DNA from: Lama glama | Lineage: Eukaryota | Direction: 5' to 3' | Assembly: GCA_028534125.1 (NCBI GenBank) | Contig: CM052826.1 | Coordinates: forward strand, 22,258,001-22,322,000 | Length of the DNA: 64,000 nucleotides | In this document: positions 13,801 through 24,000 of the stretch, in pieces | How positions within the stretch are numbered: position 1 is the first letter of the stretch | How the letters are laid out: each line of letters starts with the position of its first letter | The notes under the pieces: model-generated | The model's database searches: none | What the model saw: the letters and a program-made list of their open reading frames with translations, nothing else | What the model was told of the DNA's origin: nothing | Made by a program: the position numbers and the translations under genes

Positions 13801-15217
13801 GCAGGGTGTCTGGCCCGGAAGGTGTGGTTTTTGAGCACCGGTGCTCCAGCTGCCCTCTCTGTTCACCAGAAGAGCCTTGTCTCACGGCAGGCAGCGAACT
13901 CATTTCCCTCGCTGACAACCACTGAACGTCCTGTTTTACCGTAATCAAAAGAAGTGAAACTGTCCCATGAAATAAAATGGAACACCCCAAAAAGGTCTAG
14001 GAGAGACCAGGGTTTTTCCTTATAAAGTCAGAAACAGGAGGGAAGTCCCTGCCTGCCCTTGGAGGATCCCCCAGAGGTTGTGTGCGGTGGTGCAGGCCCT
14101 GAGCAGCCCTGCTTCCTCCTGTGCCCCATCCCCTCCTGGACTCCTGGGCTGCAGCCACAGTGAGAACACTGACCTGCCGGGGCACGAGGCCCCGTCCCCT
14201 CTTGACCCCAGGCAGGGGGATGTGGGGATTAAGACCCACAGGCTAGGCCTGCCCTGCAGTCCCCTTGGAGGGACAAGATGCGTGGGGAGAGTAACAGCGG
14301 CCGTTGGTGTGGGCAGTATGAGTGTCTGGTGCTTACCGTGTGCCAGATGTAGCCCTGAGCTCACATTCGCATACAGCAGCCCACGAAAGCCTGGCTACAG
14401 CTCTGTGGGTGCTCACCTGTCACCCCATTTTACAGAGGCAACAATTGAGGCCCAGTGAAGCCAGTTGCCCACAATCACACAGGCAGAGGGTGGTGGATCA
14501 GTCGTCAAACGGCAGTGGTCTGAGCACTCCTGCTGGCTGGTGGCCCCTCAGTGCTCTCAGGAGCCCTTCAGTGGCCCTGATGGGTGGGCAGAGATGGCTG
14601 CTGGCCACCAGGAAATTGCGTGAGTGTGTGTGCACGCATGCACACATTCACAAGTGACTTCCGGGTAGCAGGACAGTTGGCCTGTGTGGGGCAGGTCTTT
14701 CCCTCCTGCTTGGTGCTTGTCCGACACCGTGGTCCCCATGTTTGTTCAGCCTTGGGACCTGCCCCTGGGGAATGCAGAGCCATGGTCCTTGAGACTCCTT
14801 CCCAGAGAGGCAGAGTGTCAGTGGGAAGAGGAGTTGTGCGGTTCCCTGAGTGAAGGGGCTTCGGTGAGCCTGGGCGCCTTGTCCAGAGCCAAACCATGGC
14901 ACTGCCATCCAGGCATGGGCACCTCAGCCCTGTAATGGTGGGGGACACTCTTGGGCTCTGCAGCCTTATGAGGTGGGCACGGCCAGGCAAGGCTTCCAAC
15001 AGGAGCCCCCTGCCCTGGGTTTGAAGGAGTGTGTGGATTTAGAACGGGGGCCTCAGTTGACCCCGTTTGGCCATTGGTACCAGGTTCAGCATCCCTGAGA
15101 AGCCATTGTGGCTGTTCTGAGCCCTCGCCCTCCTCCCGCCTGCAGTGGACAGGGTGAAAAGGCATCCTGGAGTCTCCTTCTCTGAGGCTCACACTCCTCT
15201 CTCTTTCTGTCCCCCAG

Positions 15218-15286
15218 CTGGTCAGTGAGAAGGTTGGAGGGGCTGAAGGGACCAAGCTTGACGATGACTTCAAAGAGATGGAGAAG
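15218..15286 (+). CDS. SH3GL1: SH3GL1 exon 2
   Basis: ccccag|CTG...AAG|gtaac; [23 protein letters not shown]. Confidence 0.96.
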
Positions 15287-18200
15287 GTAACGGGAGATGA
15301 TGCCTGTCTGACACCTGGCAGTTACCGCCCACCATGGGGCCTGGCTTTGACAGCTGGGGGTGGGGTGTGTGGGGGAGGTGAGGCTTACTGGGAGGGCCTG
15401 GGTGGCTTGCAGGCCTCCCCCAGCCCTGGGCAGGTAGCAGTGGAGGCACAGCACAGCCAACAACAAGGAGGGGAGGCCAGCAGCCCCCAGAAGCAGCGGG
15501 TGGTTCTTGGGTGGGCTCTGAGGCAGGCAGGGAATAGGGAGCAGGGCAAGGGCTGTCCTGGGGCTTGTGGTGATTTTGAAACCTCACACATGGCCTCTCT
15601 TTACAGAAGGTGGATGTTACCAGCAAGGCTGTGACAGAAGTGTTGGCCAGAACCATCGAGTACCTGCAGCCCAACCCAGGTAGGGGTGCCCGCTAGCTGC
15701 AAGGGGGTCTGCCCACAACTCCTTAGGTCTTTGCTGTCAGGAATCTTCCAGTTACCAGAGCAGGAAGAAGGAATGTATAGGCCCACAGAACTGAAATGCC
15801 CAGGGGTAGGGAAGTTCAGGCATGGCTGGATCTAGGCATCCAAAAGCTGTTCTCTGGGTCATGCATTTCCTTTCTGTGTCATGTGTCAGCTCTCATTCCT
15901 CATGGCAGTCCTAGCCTTAAATCACCCTTACAGCTAACAATCCCAGCAGAAAAGAGATCTTTCTCACCCCTCCCTACTCATTGTACCAATTTGTATTGGG
16001 TGCCCATCCCCAGCATGCCAGGCCCCAGCCACATGCCCGCCTTTGGAGCACGAGGTGGGGGTCTCCTAGGCTGAGAAGGAGGAAAATCCACATGCTGGTC
16101 CCTGTAGTGAAAGTCAACAGATTCAGGACACGCGGCAGCAGCAGCTGTGTCCACCCGAGGCCTGTGCTGGGACAGGCTAGAGCTGGCAGAGGTGCAAGCA
16201 CGGCTTCCCCAGAGGCTGGAGGGTAGCTCCTCAGTCAGAGCCGTGCCCAGAGCAAGGGGCCCGGGGGGTGACTGGGAGCTGGCCCCCTCCCCTGCTCACT
16301 GCTCGTGCTCCTTCATGAGGACAAGAGCAGAGGAGGCGAGTCTGCCTGGGAGGCCCTTCCCACATTCTGGTTCCTTGGGTCAAGGCAGTGCTTTAGAGAT
16401 AAACGGGCGTGTGGGCAAAGGGGGTCAGCCCGCGGTGCTGGCTGAGGGCAGGCCTGGCGACTCCTCGAGAGACCACCCTCACGCCCACCCGGCCCATCCC
16501 ATTCCAGCCTCTCGGGCCAAGCTGACGATGCTCAACACGGTGTCTAAGATCCGCGGGCAGGTGAAGAACCCCGGCTACCCGCAGTCGGAGGGCCTGCTGG
16601 GCGAGTGCATGATCCGCCACGGGAAGGAGCTGGGCGGCGAGTCCAACTTCGGTGAGGCCGAGGGAGGGGCAGGGGCGGAGAGAGGGGGACCGGAGTATCT
16701 GTACCACCAGCAGGAGTGAGCACCCGGCTGCTATGGCTCAGGGTCCCTTTTTTGTTCTTAGTTCTAGCATTCAGGACCTTGGCTATGGGGTGTGTCTCAG
16801 CCCCATAGGCCAAGGCCTCCTGTGACGGCTTCCTCCCCGACCCCTCCTCTCTCCAGGCGACGCCCTGCTGGATGCCGGGGAGTCCATGAAGCGCCTCGCT
16901 GAGGTGAAGGACTCCCTGGACATAGAGGTCAAGCAGAACTTCATTGACCCCCTCCAGAACCTGTGTGACAAGGACCTGAAGGAGATCCAGGTACGCTGGG
17001 CTGCTCCCGGCCACATTCACGCCCCCCCCCCCCCAGTGCAGCCCAGCCTGGGTTTCCCAGTGGAAAGGGCTGCGGGGCATCAGGGCGGCCTTCCTGGAGG
17101 CCCCAGGCATGTGGTGTGACACTCGTCCCCGCCCCCCAGCACCACCTGAAGAAGCTGGAGGGCCGCCGCTTGGACTTCGACTACAAGAAGAAGCGGCAGG
17201 GCAAGATCCCCGACGAGGAGCTGCGCCAGGCCATGGAGAAGTTCGAGGAGTCCAAGGAGGTGGCTGAGACCAGCATGCACAACCTCCTGGAGACCGACGT
17301 ACGTGCACGGCCTCCCTGCGTGCACCCACCACCCCAAGGAGCCCCTGAAACACGGAGCCCAGCTGTGGTGCCAGCCTCCCGGGGCCGATGGGCAGAAGGA
17401 AAGGAGGGGGAGACAGGAGGGCCAGAGTAGGGCAGTGACCAGCCCACTGAGGTTTTGGGGTCTTTTCTGGCTTTTTAACCCTCCTCCAGCTGCGGCTCAA
17501 GGGTCATGTGGACAGGAGGGGGCTGGGCCCCTGTGTCCGAAACAGTCTAGGAAGGCTTCCTGCGGGGGTGGCCTAGAGATAGGTGTCAGGAGGGCAGCTC
17601 TGCAGCCATGGCTGGTCCTTCACAGATCGAGCAGGTGAGTCAGCTCTCTGCCCTGGTGGATGCCCAGCTGGACTACCACCGGCAGGCTGTGCAGATCCTG
17701 GACGAGCTGGCTGACAAACTCAAGCGGAGGTGAGCCCCACCCCCACCCCCTACCCGGGCCTTCCCCATGGGAGCCCCAGCCTTCTCTGCTGGCCAGGAGG
17801 CTGGGTGTGTGGCTGCCTGGGCCGGCCCTTCAGAGCCTGTGAGATGTCCCTGCCCCCGGACAGCCCAGCCCTGCTGTGAGCTCAGTCCAGGGCAGTGTGG
17901 TTGGGCCCCCGGGCTGCACAAGTAGGGGTTGGGGTCCCAGGAGGGAGCAAGACCACATCCTCATGGTCCCTAGAGGAGAGGCTTGAGGTGTCCTGAGGGA
18001 GGGTTTGTCTAGGACTGGTGCGTGGGGGTCCTCTCTCCGAGGGCTCTCTGGGAGTCAGGCAGCACTCACGGTCTGAACAGGGAAGCTCTGGTTGGTAGTG
18101 GATTCCCAGTCGGGGGCTGGTGGGCACCAGTTCCCTGGCCGCCGCCACCAAGGGCACTTCAGGATTCAGTAGAACCCAACCATTCGGCATTCTCGGAGAA

Positions 18201-19315
18201 ATGGCTGGGGTTCCCCCAGGATCCCCCTGGTGTCCCCCTCATTCCTGAATGCTTCCCTGGGTCCTGGGGCGGCAGCACTAACAGTTGGGGGTTCCCTGGC
18301 CCTGACACATGGGGGCTCAGGACTGCTCGCCCGCCTCCTTCCACACGCAGGATGCGGGAAGCCTCTTCACGCCCCAAGCGGGAGTACAAGCCCAGGCCGC
18401 GGGAGCCCTTGGACCTCGGGGAGCCCGAGCAGTCCAACGGGGGCTTCCCTTGCACCGTGGCTCCCAAAATCTCAGGTAACAATTGGGAGGGGTTTGCTGT
18501 GTCCTAGGCCCCTTCAGGGGCACCTGCCATCCATCCAGACCACAGGGCGAGTTCTCCTCTAGAGGGACCCCCAGGGGTGGGCACCAGGCCCCACCCTGTG
18601 TTCTCAGCCCACCTGTGCTTTGTCTGCAAGCAGATTCATCATCTTTCCGATCTTCCAACAAGCCTGTCCGGACCCCCAGCAGCAGGAGCATGCGTGAGTG
18701 TCCCCCGCAGGCACAGGCCCTGCCCCCAGTTTAATGCCGCCTTCTCATCTGCTCTGGAAGGGTCTTTCTGCTCCCCATCTCCAGTAGGAGTGGATCTGGG
18801 CCCTGGGCCTCCCTCTGCTCTGAGTGGCACCCTGAGGACCATGCAATTCTGGTCACTGTCATCCTGATGCTATCAGGCGTCCCCAGCTCTTCTCAGGAGC
18901 ATCTTGGTGACCACTCACAGAGCCCTTTAACCCCTGCTTGTCACTTACTCCTTCTGACAGCTGAGGGGAGCCAGAGAGGAGGGAGTGGGTCTCCTTTGGG
19001 GGAAACTGAGAAGCAGTGAGTTGACCGGACTGGGGCCAGGCAGGAGGGGAAGTGGTGTCACCCTGCACACCCGCAGGGGGCAGGTGACAGCCAGACCTTA
19101 CCCCTGCCCTACCCCCAGCGCCCCTGGACCAGCCCAGTTGCAAGGCCCTGTATGACTTTGAGCCTGAGAACGATGGGGAGCTGGGCTTCCACGAGGGCGA
19201 CATCATCACTCTGACCAACCAGATCGACGAGAACTGGTACGAAGGCATGCTGCACGGCCAGTCCGGCTTCTTCCCCCTCAGCTACGTGCAGGTGCTGGTG
19301 CCGCTGCCCCAGTGA
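15218..19315 (+). CDS. SH3GL1: Endophilin-A2 (N-BAR + SH3), exons 2-10; exon 1 lies upstream of the window
   Basis: join(15218-15286,15607-15679,16508-16651,16857-16990,17140-17298,17626-17729,18351-18475,18634-18693,19119-19315). All GT-AG, phases consistent. Translates [23 protein letters not shown]...[15 protein letters not shown]...[13 protein letters not shown]. Confidence 0.98.
15607..15679 (+). CDS. SH3GL1: SH3GL1 exon 3
   Basis: ttacag|AAG...CCAG|gtagg; [24 protein letters not shown]. Confidence 0.96.
16508..16651 (+). CDS. SH3GL1: SH3GL1 exon 4
   Basis: ttccag|CC...TTCG|gtgag; [28 protein letters not shown]...GGESNF. Confidence 0.96.
16857..16990 (+). CDS. SH3GL1: SH3GL1 exon 5
   Basis: [48 protein letters not shown] bounded. 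Confidence 0.96.
17140..17298 (+). CDS. SH3GL1: SH3GL1 exon 6
   Basis: [27 protein letters not shown]...HNLLETD. Confidence 0.96.
17626..17729 (+). CDS. SH3GL1: SH3GL1 exon 7
   Basis: [34 protein letters not shown]. Confidence 0.96.
18351..18475 (+). CDS. SH3GL1: SH3GL1 exon 8
   Basis: [41 protein letters not shown]. Confidence 0.95.
18634..18693 (+). CDS. SH3GL1: SH3GL1 exon 9 (tandem acceptor, may start at 18631)
   Basis: tgcaagcag|AT TCA TCA TCT TTC CGA...ATG C|gtgag; [19 protein letters not shown]. Confidence 0.9.
19119..19315 (+). CDS. SH3GL1: SH3GL1 exon 10 (SH3 domain, stop)
   Basis: [64 protein letters not shown]. Confidence 0.97.
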
Positions 19316-20159
19316 CCACGCCTGAGCCACGCGTCGGCCCGCCCGCCTGCCCCTCCGTCCAGACCTCTGCATGCCACCGGCCCCGCAGCGAGGGCAGTGC
19401 TCACAGCCTGCGGGCGGCCAGCTCCCAGGGCCGAGGGGAGGAGGCAGAGCCCAGAGGGACAGCAGAGGTCCCGTTTACACTAGCGCCAACCCCAGTGGTG
19501 GGGGGCTCCCTTCCCCACTCCATGTGGCCCTCTTGAGGGCTGGGCAGTGTTCCTCCTTCCTGCTGCTCACCAATTCTGCCCCACAGCCCAGCCCAGCCCA
19601 CTAAGGGCTCACACTAAGGTGCTCTTAGAAACACTAACTTCCTCCCACCCCCTCTAGGGACTGGTAACTCCAGGTGGGCCCCTTCACACACTCGTGTGCA
19701 TGCGCGTGGGCAAACACACACCCCCCCACGCCCTATCCTCTCCCACCTCCTTCCTGCCACTCTGCTGGAAGACCCGCCCTCAGCAGGATAGGACTGAGCA
19801 TCTGTGTAACGGGGTGGTCTGAGTGGTCTGGGCCCCGGCTGAGAGGCTCACCACCCTCCTCTTAAATTCCCCCAGGACATTCCTTCACAGCTCCCTCCGG
19901 GGCTCCCCAAGCCCTGCATACCTGCAGATGCCACCTCCCTGGGAGGGCCTCACCTCTTCCCTCCAGCTGGGGGCTTGGGGAGAGATGAGCCTGGGGTCCT
20001 CAGGTGCCAAGTCCCCTAAAGACAGGCCTTCTCCCCCGCACCACCTGGGTGGCCATGCTTCCCTCCTGCAGGGCAGTGAGCCCCACTCCCATGCCCGCCG
20101 CACCACCCCCAGCCAAGCACATGGAGTGTGTCTCTCTGGCACAAGCTGCCACCACCAGC

Positions 20160-20222
20160 GCACACACACACCACACACACACACCACACACACACCACAC
20201 ACACACACACACCAGCCACACA
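20160..20222. repeat. Imperfect (CA)n tract in the SH3GL1 3' UTR
   Basis: cacacacacaccacacacacaccacacacacacc... Confidence 0.9.
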
Positions 20223-20654
20223 TGGGACCACGGCAGGCCAGCCTCCACTCTGCGGAAGGTCAAGCACAAAGACTTTGATAAGTGAATGTTCCCAGACCCC
20301 TGGCTACTGGGGCCCCCTTGGTTGGGGGTCACGGGCACTTCCCTGTCTGAAGCCGGCCACCATACCCTCTTTGGACAGTGGCCCAGACTGTCTTCTCCAG
20401 ACCAAGGTAGGCAGCTGCCCAGACCAGCAGGGCCCCAGCCCTGCACTCACTTCCCCTCTTGCCTGATCTAAAAGTTGGCTAAACAGGGGACCCTGGTTCA
20501 CATTCCCCTCCTCCGGTGACTCAGTAAAGTCCCCAACAACACCAGGCCCTCCCCGCTTATCTCCAAGGCCCCCTGGTCGCCAGTACTTGGAGGAGGAATA
20601 GACATCACAGCCTAGGGCAGATGAAAATGTAATCCTGATTTTTTTAAAAAAAGT

Positions 20655-20660
20655 ATTAAA
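20655..20660 (+). terminator. Probable SH3GL1 polyadenylation signal (ATTAAA)
   Basis: ATTAAA after a T/A-rich tract, followed by GT-rich sequence, about 1.3 kb past the stop. Confidence 0.7.
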
Positions 20661-20886
20661 TGTCTCTTTCTACAGCCGTTTGCCTGGTTGTGGTGCAGGG
20701 CAGGCCCTCCCGAGGGTCTCCAGCGAGGGCACGAGGCGCCCATACAGGCCTGGGAGGGACGGCCGTCGTTGCCAGTCACTGGTGTGGGTGGGGAGAGCCC
20801 CCCACCCCGCTGGCCGTGGCTGCCCGAGTGACGTCCCTCCTGCTCCCGTGACGCGACGCACGCACCTGGGCTGCTTGTTTCTCTCC

Positions 20887-20892
20887 TTTATT
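20887..20892 (-). terminator. Probable MPND polyadenylation signal (AATAAA)
   Basis: tttatt on + strand, about 120 nt past the MPND stop. Confidence 0.75.
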
Positions 20893-21012
20893 GTGCGAGC
20901 GCCTGCTGCCCGGCAGCTCAGGCACACAGGGACAGGGCGGCACCGCCGCGGGCAGAGCCCGGGGCCCGCTGCCCTCGCCCTGGGTCGCCCCGGTCCTTGG
21001 AGGCTGGCGCCC

Positions 21013-21099
21013 TCAGCTCCCCTGCTTGAGGACGCTGTAAACCTGCTCCAGCACGTGGCACAGGCCCTGGTCCTTGGGCATCCTGCTGGCCAGGGAGAT
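21013..21099 (-). CDS. MPND: MPND exon 13 (stop)
   Basis: [28 protein letters not shown]. Confidence 0.95.
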   Translation of the reverse strand: MSLASRMPKDQGLCHVLEQVYSVLKQGS

Positions 21100-24000
21100 C
21101 TGAAATAGGCAGGCCTGCCTCAGGGCGGCGCAGGCGCTTCTGCCCTGGAGGCCCTGCGCTGCAGCCTGGCAGAGGGGTTCTCGGCTGTATCCCTAAAGCC
21201 GCGCCTTCCTCTTAGGCACATTTCATCTCGAAGGCCCCGGATGTCATTGTTTGGGAGGTAGGGGTTCCTCCACACAATCCAAATCCTCCTTACTGCCCCC
21301 TTGCATGCCCAGGGCCACCCCCACCCCTCCCACCCAGTGCCAGGGTGGGAGGTGACCAGTGGCAGCTTTAAGCCCTGGTCGCTGTCAGGTCTAACAAAAC
21401 AAGCAAACGTGTGAAATTCTGTTTTTCTGCAAAGGGGAGTGGGGAGTATCTTCTGAGAATGACTCTCAAGCAGGAGATAAGGAGACGCACTGAAGAGGCT
21501 GCCAAGCCCTCTTGACATACCCCACTGACCAGCCGTAGGGCCGGTGGGCCAGGGAAGCTCGCTCCCGCACCAGCCGCTCTGCTCAGTTCAGCTCTGCTGG
21601 TGCGTAAGGCTCGGGATCGGATCAGACCGCCTTCTGCTCCCCAGCGTGTGGCCCGGGGAGGGGGGGCCCAGCGCAGCTTCTCCAGCCGGGATGTCCCCGG
21701 GCCACAGGGTCTGTGGGGCTTTTACCTTTTCCTCTGCACTTGGATGGTGACCTCTACTGCCGTCACCGCCCATGTGTGATAAAACACGACTCTGTTCATT
21801 TCTAAAGTATTTTTGCACAGGACCACTTAAGAAGTCACTATTTCTCATACTGCCCATGGATATAGACTCGGGGGTTCCCCAAGATCATCTTTTCAGGGAG
21901 GGGTTTGCATGAGTCTCACCTTCAGCTTGTCGAGGTAGGTGTGCTCCTGGTTCCAGGGCTCCTGGAACCTGACAAGGTCAGGGGCGCCCTTGTAGAACTC
22001 CACCAGCAGCGTCTGCGGGTCGGGGTGGGGGCAGGTAAGAGCCCGGGCTCCCGCCCTGCCCAGGCCCGGCGCCAGGGGGCAGCAGCGGGTGGGACAGGCA
22101 CTGCTCTGCCCCTCACGTGGCCTCTAGGCATTGCCAGGAGGTAAACCGCCAAGCAGCACCACCCCCACCCAGGAGAAATAAGGGAGCTTGGTAGCAGGGC
22201 CCCCGGAGGAGACTGAACCCTGCCAGCAGAAGGCGGCCCACCGAACGTGATTCTTTACACCCACACAGCCCTGACACCACTCCCTGGTTTAACCTCATCC
22301 CGAGAGTAACATCCCTGAAATCACAGGTGTGACCAACTAGCTCAATCTGTTTAAATGCCTGTTTAACAGCAGGAATTAAAAATCTTCACCCAGGTAACGC
22401 TTGAGGTTCACGTGTCCCCTCGTGGAGAATCAGTGGCAGGTGCAGAGAGCCAAGGCGTGAGCATTGCTGGCATGCTCCAGAACAGCGAGGAGGCCAGGAA
22501 GGCGTGGGAGGGGGAGGCGGGAGGGGCTCGGGCAAGGGTCTGGGACCCACCCTTAGAGCCCTTGATTTTCAGCAGTGGAAGAGGAGCCTGCCCTGGGCCC
22601 CGATGTGGTGCATCTACCCACAGGTTCCTGAGTCATACAATCCGGGGTCTGTCCAGCTGGGCACCCTCTGCCCCCATCTGCTCCTCCCGGGGCCCCCACC
22701 CGCTCCGCCCAGGAGTGAGCTCACCATCTCATGAAGGACGTCATTAGTCAGGAAGCTGTCCTGGACGTAGGCCATTTCCACGTCCATGGGGATGCCATAG
22801 TCACTGGGTCTTTGCTGGCAGGGACACGAGCCAGTCAGCGCTGACCACCCCCAGCCCCCACCCCAAGACAGCAGTGGACATTGGGAAGTGCGCTAGGCTA
22901 GGAATCAGAATGGATACTCCAGGCCTGGGTCTGCACTAGGATCAGATTCAGAGCCTTATGGCCCTTCGGGGAACCCGGCAGCACGGCTAGAGAAGCTGGG
23001 TGGCATCCCCCCCACCACACAGGCAGGAGTGGCTGTGGCTCTGGAATTCCTTAACAAAGCTGCTTTTCTGGGGGGAGGGCGGGTAATTGGGTTGGTTGGT
23101 TGGTTGGTTTTAATGGGGATTGAACTCAACCACGGAGCTATACTCTCGCCCGCCTCCCCCAAAGCTTATCTCTGATCCCAATACGGACTTAGGGAATGAA
23201 ACCAAACAAGGCTCAGGAAGGAGACGATCTTGGTAGCAAAAGCAGCATGCTACGGGTGCAGCCCCCACCTTTCCAGCACCCTTCACACCCAGGCCCTCGC
23301 AGGAGCCTCCGTGATTATGTTTGCAGAGAAACTGAGACCCCAGCTCCGTAAATGAGTCCGGAACCAGACTCTAGGCTCTGTGCTGCCCACGAGCCTCCTG
23401 GCCCCGCCCACGCCGCCCGGCCCGGCCTCCCCCAGCAGCCCCGCCTACCTCAGGGGGCGGCATCACCCAGAAGGGCGAGATCTTGGACTCTGGCCCCGGG
23501 TTGCCAGAGTAGTAAGGGGCTGAGGGGAGGAGAAAGAAGGGGCTGAGCCTGGCGGGGCTTGGTGGTCGTCAGGGTCCCACACCCGCCCCTTTCGTGGGAC
23601 TCACAGCAGAGCAGGGCGAGGCAGGGCTGAAAGCCGTTGCTGGAGCCCTGCAGCCGCAGCTGGTAGTCCATCTGCGCGTCGATGTCCTGCAGCGACGGCA
23701 GCGCCGGGCTGTGCGGGTGGCTGTGGTACCAGCCCACCAGGGACAGGCCCCGCAGAAGCAGGCTCTGGTAGATCTAGGGGCAGAGACACGGCTAGGGCCA
23801 GCTCGGGACCGAGGCTCTACCAGCCCTAGGGCACTCACACCACTCCCGCAGCCAGTGTGCCTGGCACCCATCCAGCCCCACATGTGGCCAACATTTAATG
23901 AGCACCTGCTGGGTACCAGGCCTGAGGACACAGCAGTGACGGAGACAGACCCTGCCCACCTTCATGAGTCCAACAAATACATTGGAAAGAAAAAAAAAAA

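Noticed and set aside
1-15217. Many 60-200 aa ORFs in SH3GL1 intron 1 as a nested gene
   Set aside because: No recognisable protein similarity or consistent exon chain; expected noise in GC-rich DNA.
16544-17500. 318-aa minus-strand ORF
   Set aside because: Antisense shadow of GC-rich SH3GL1 exons 4-6; low-complexity translation with no recognisable domain.
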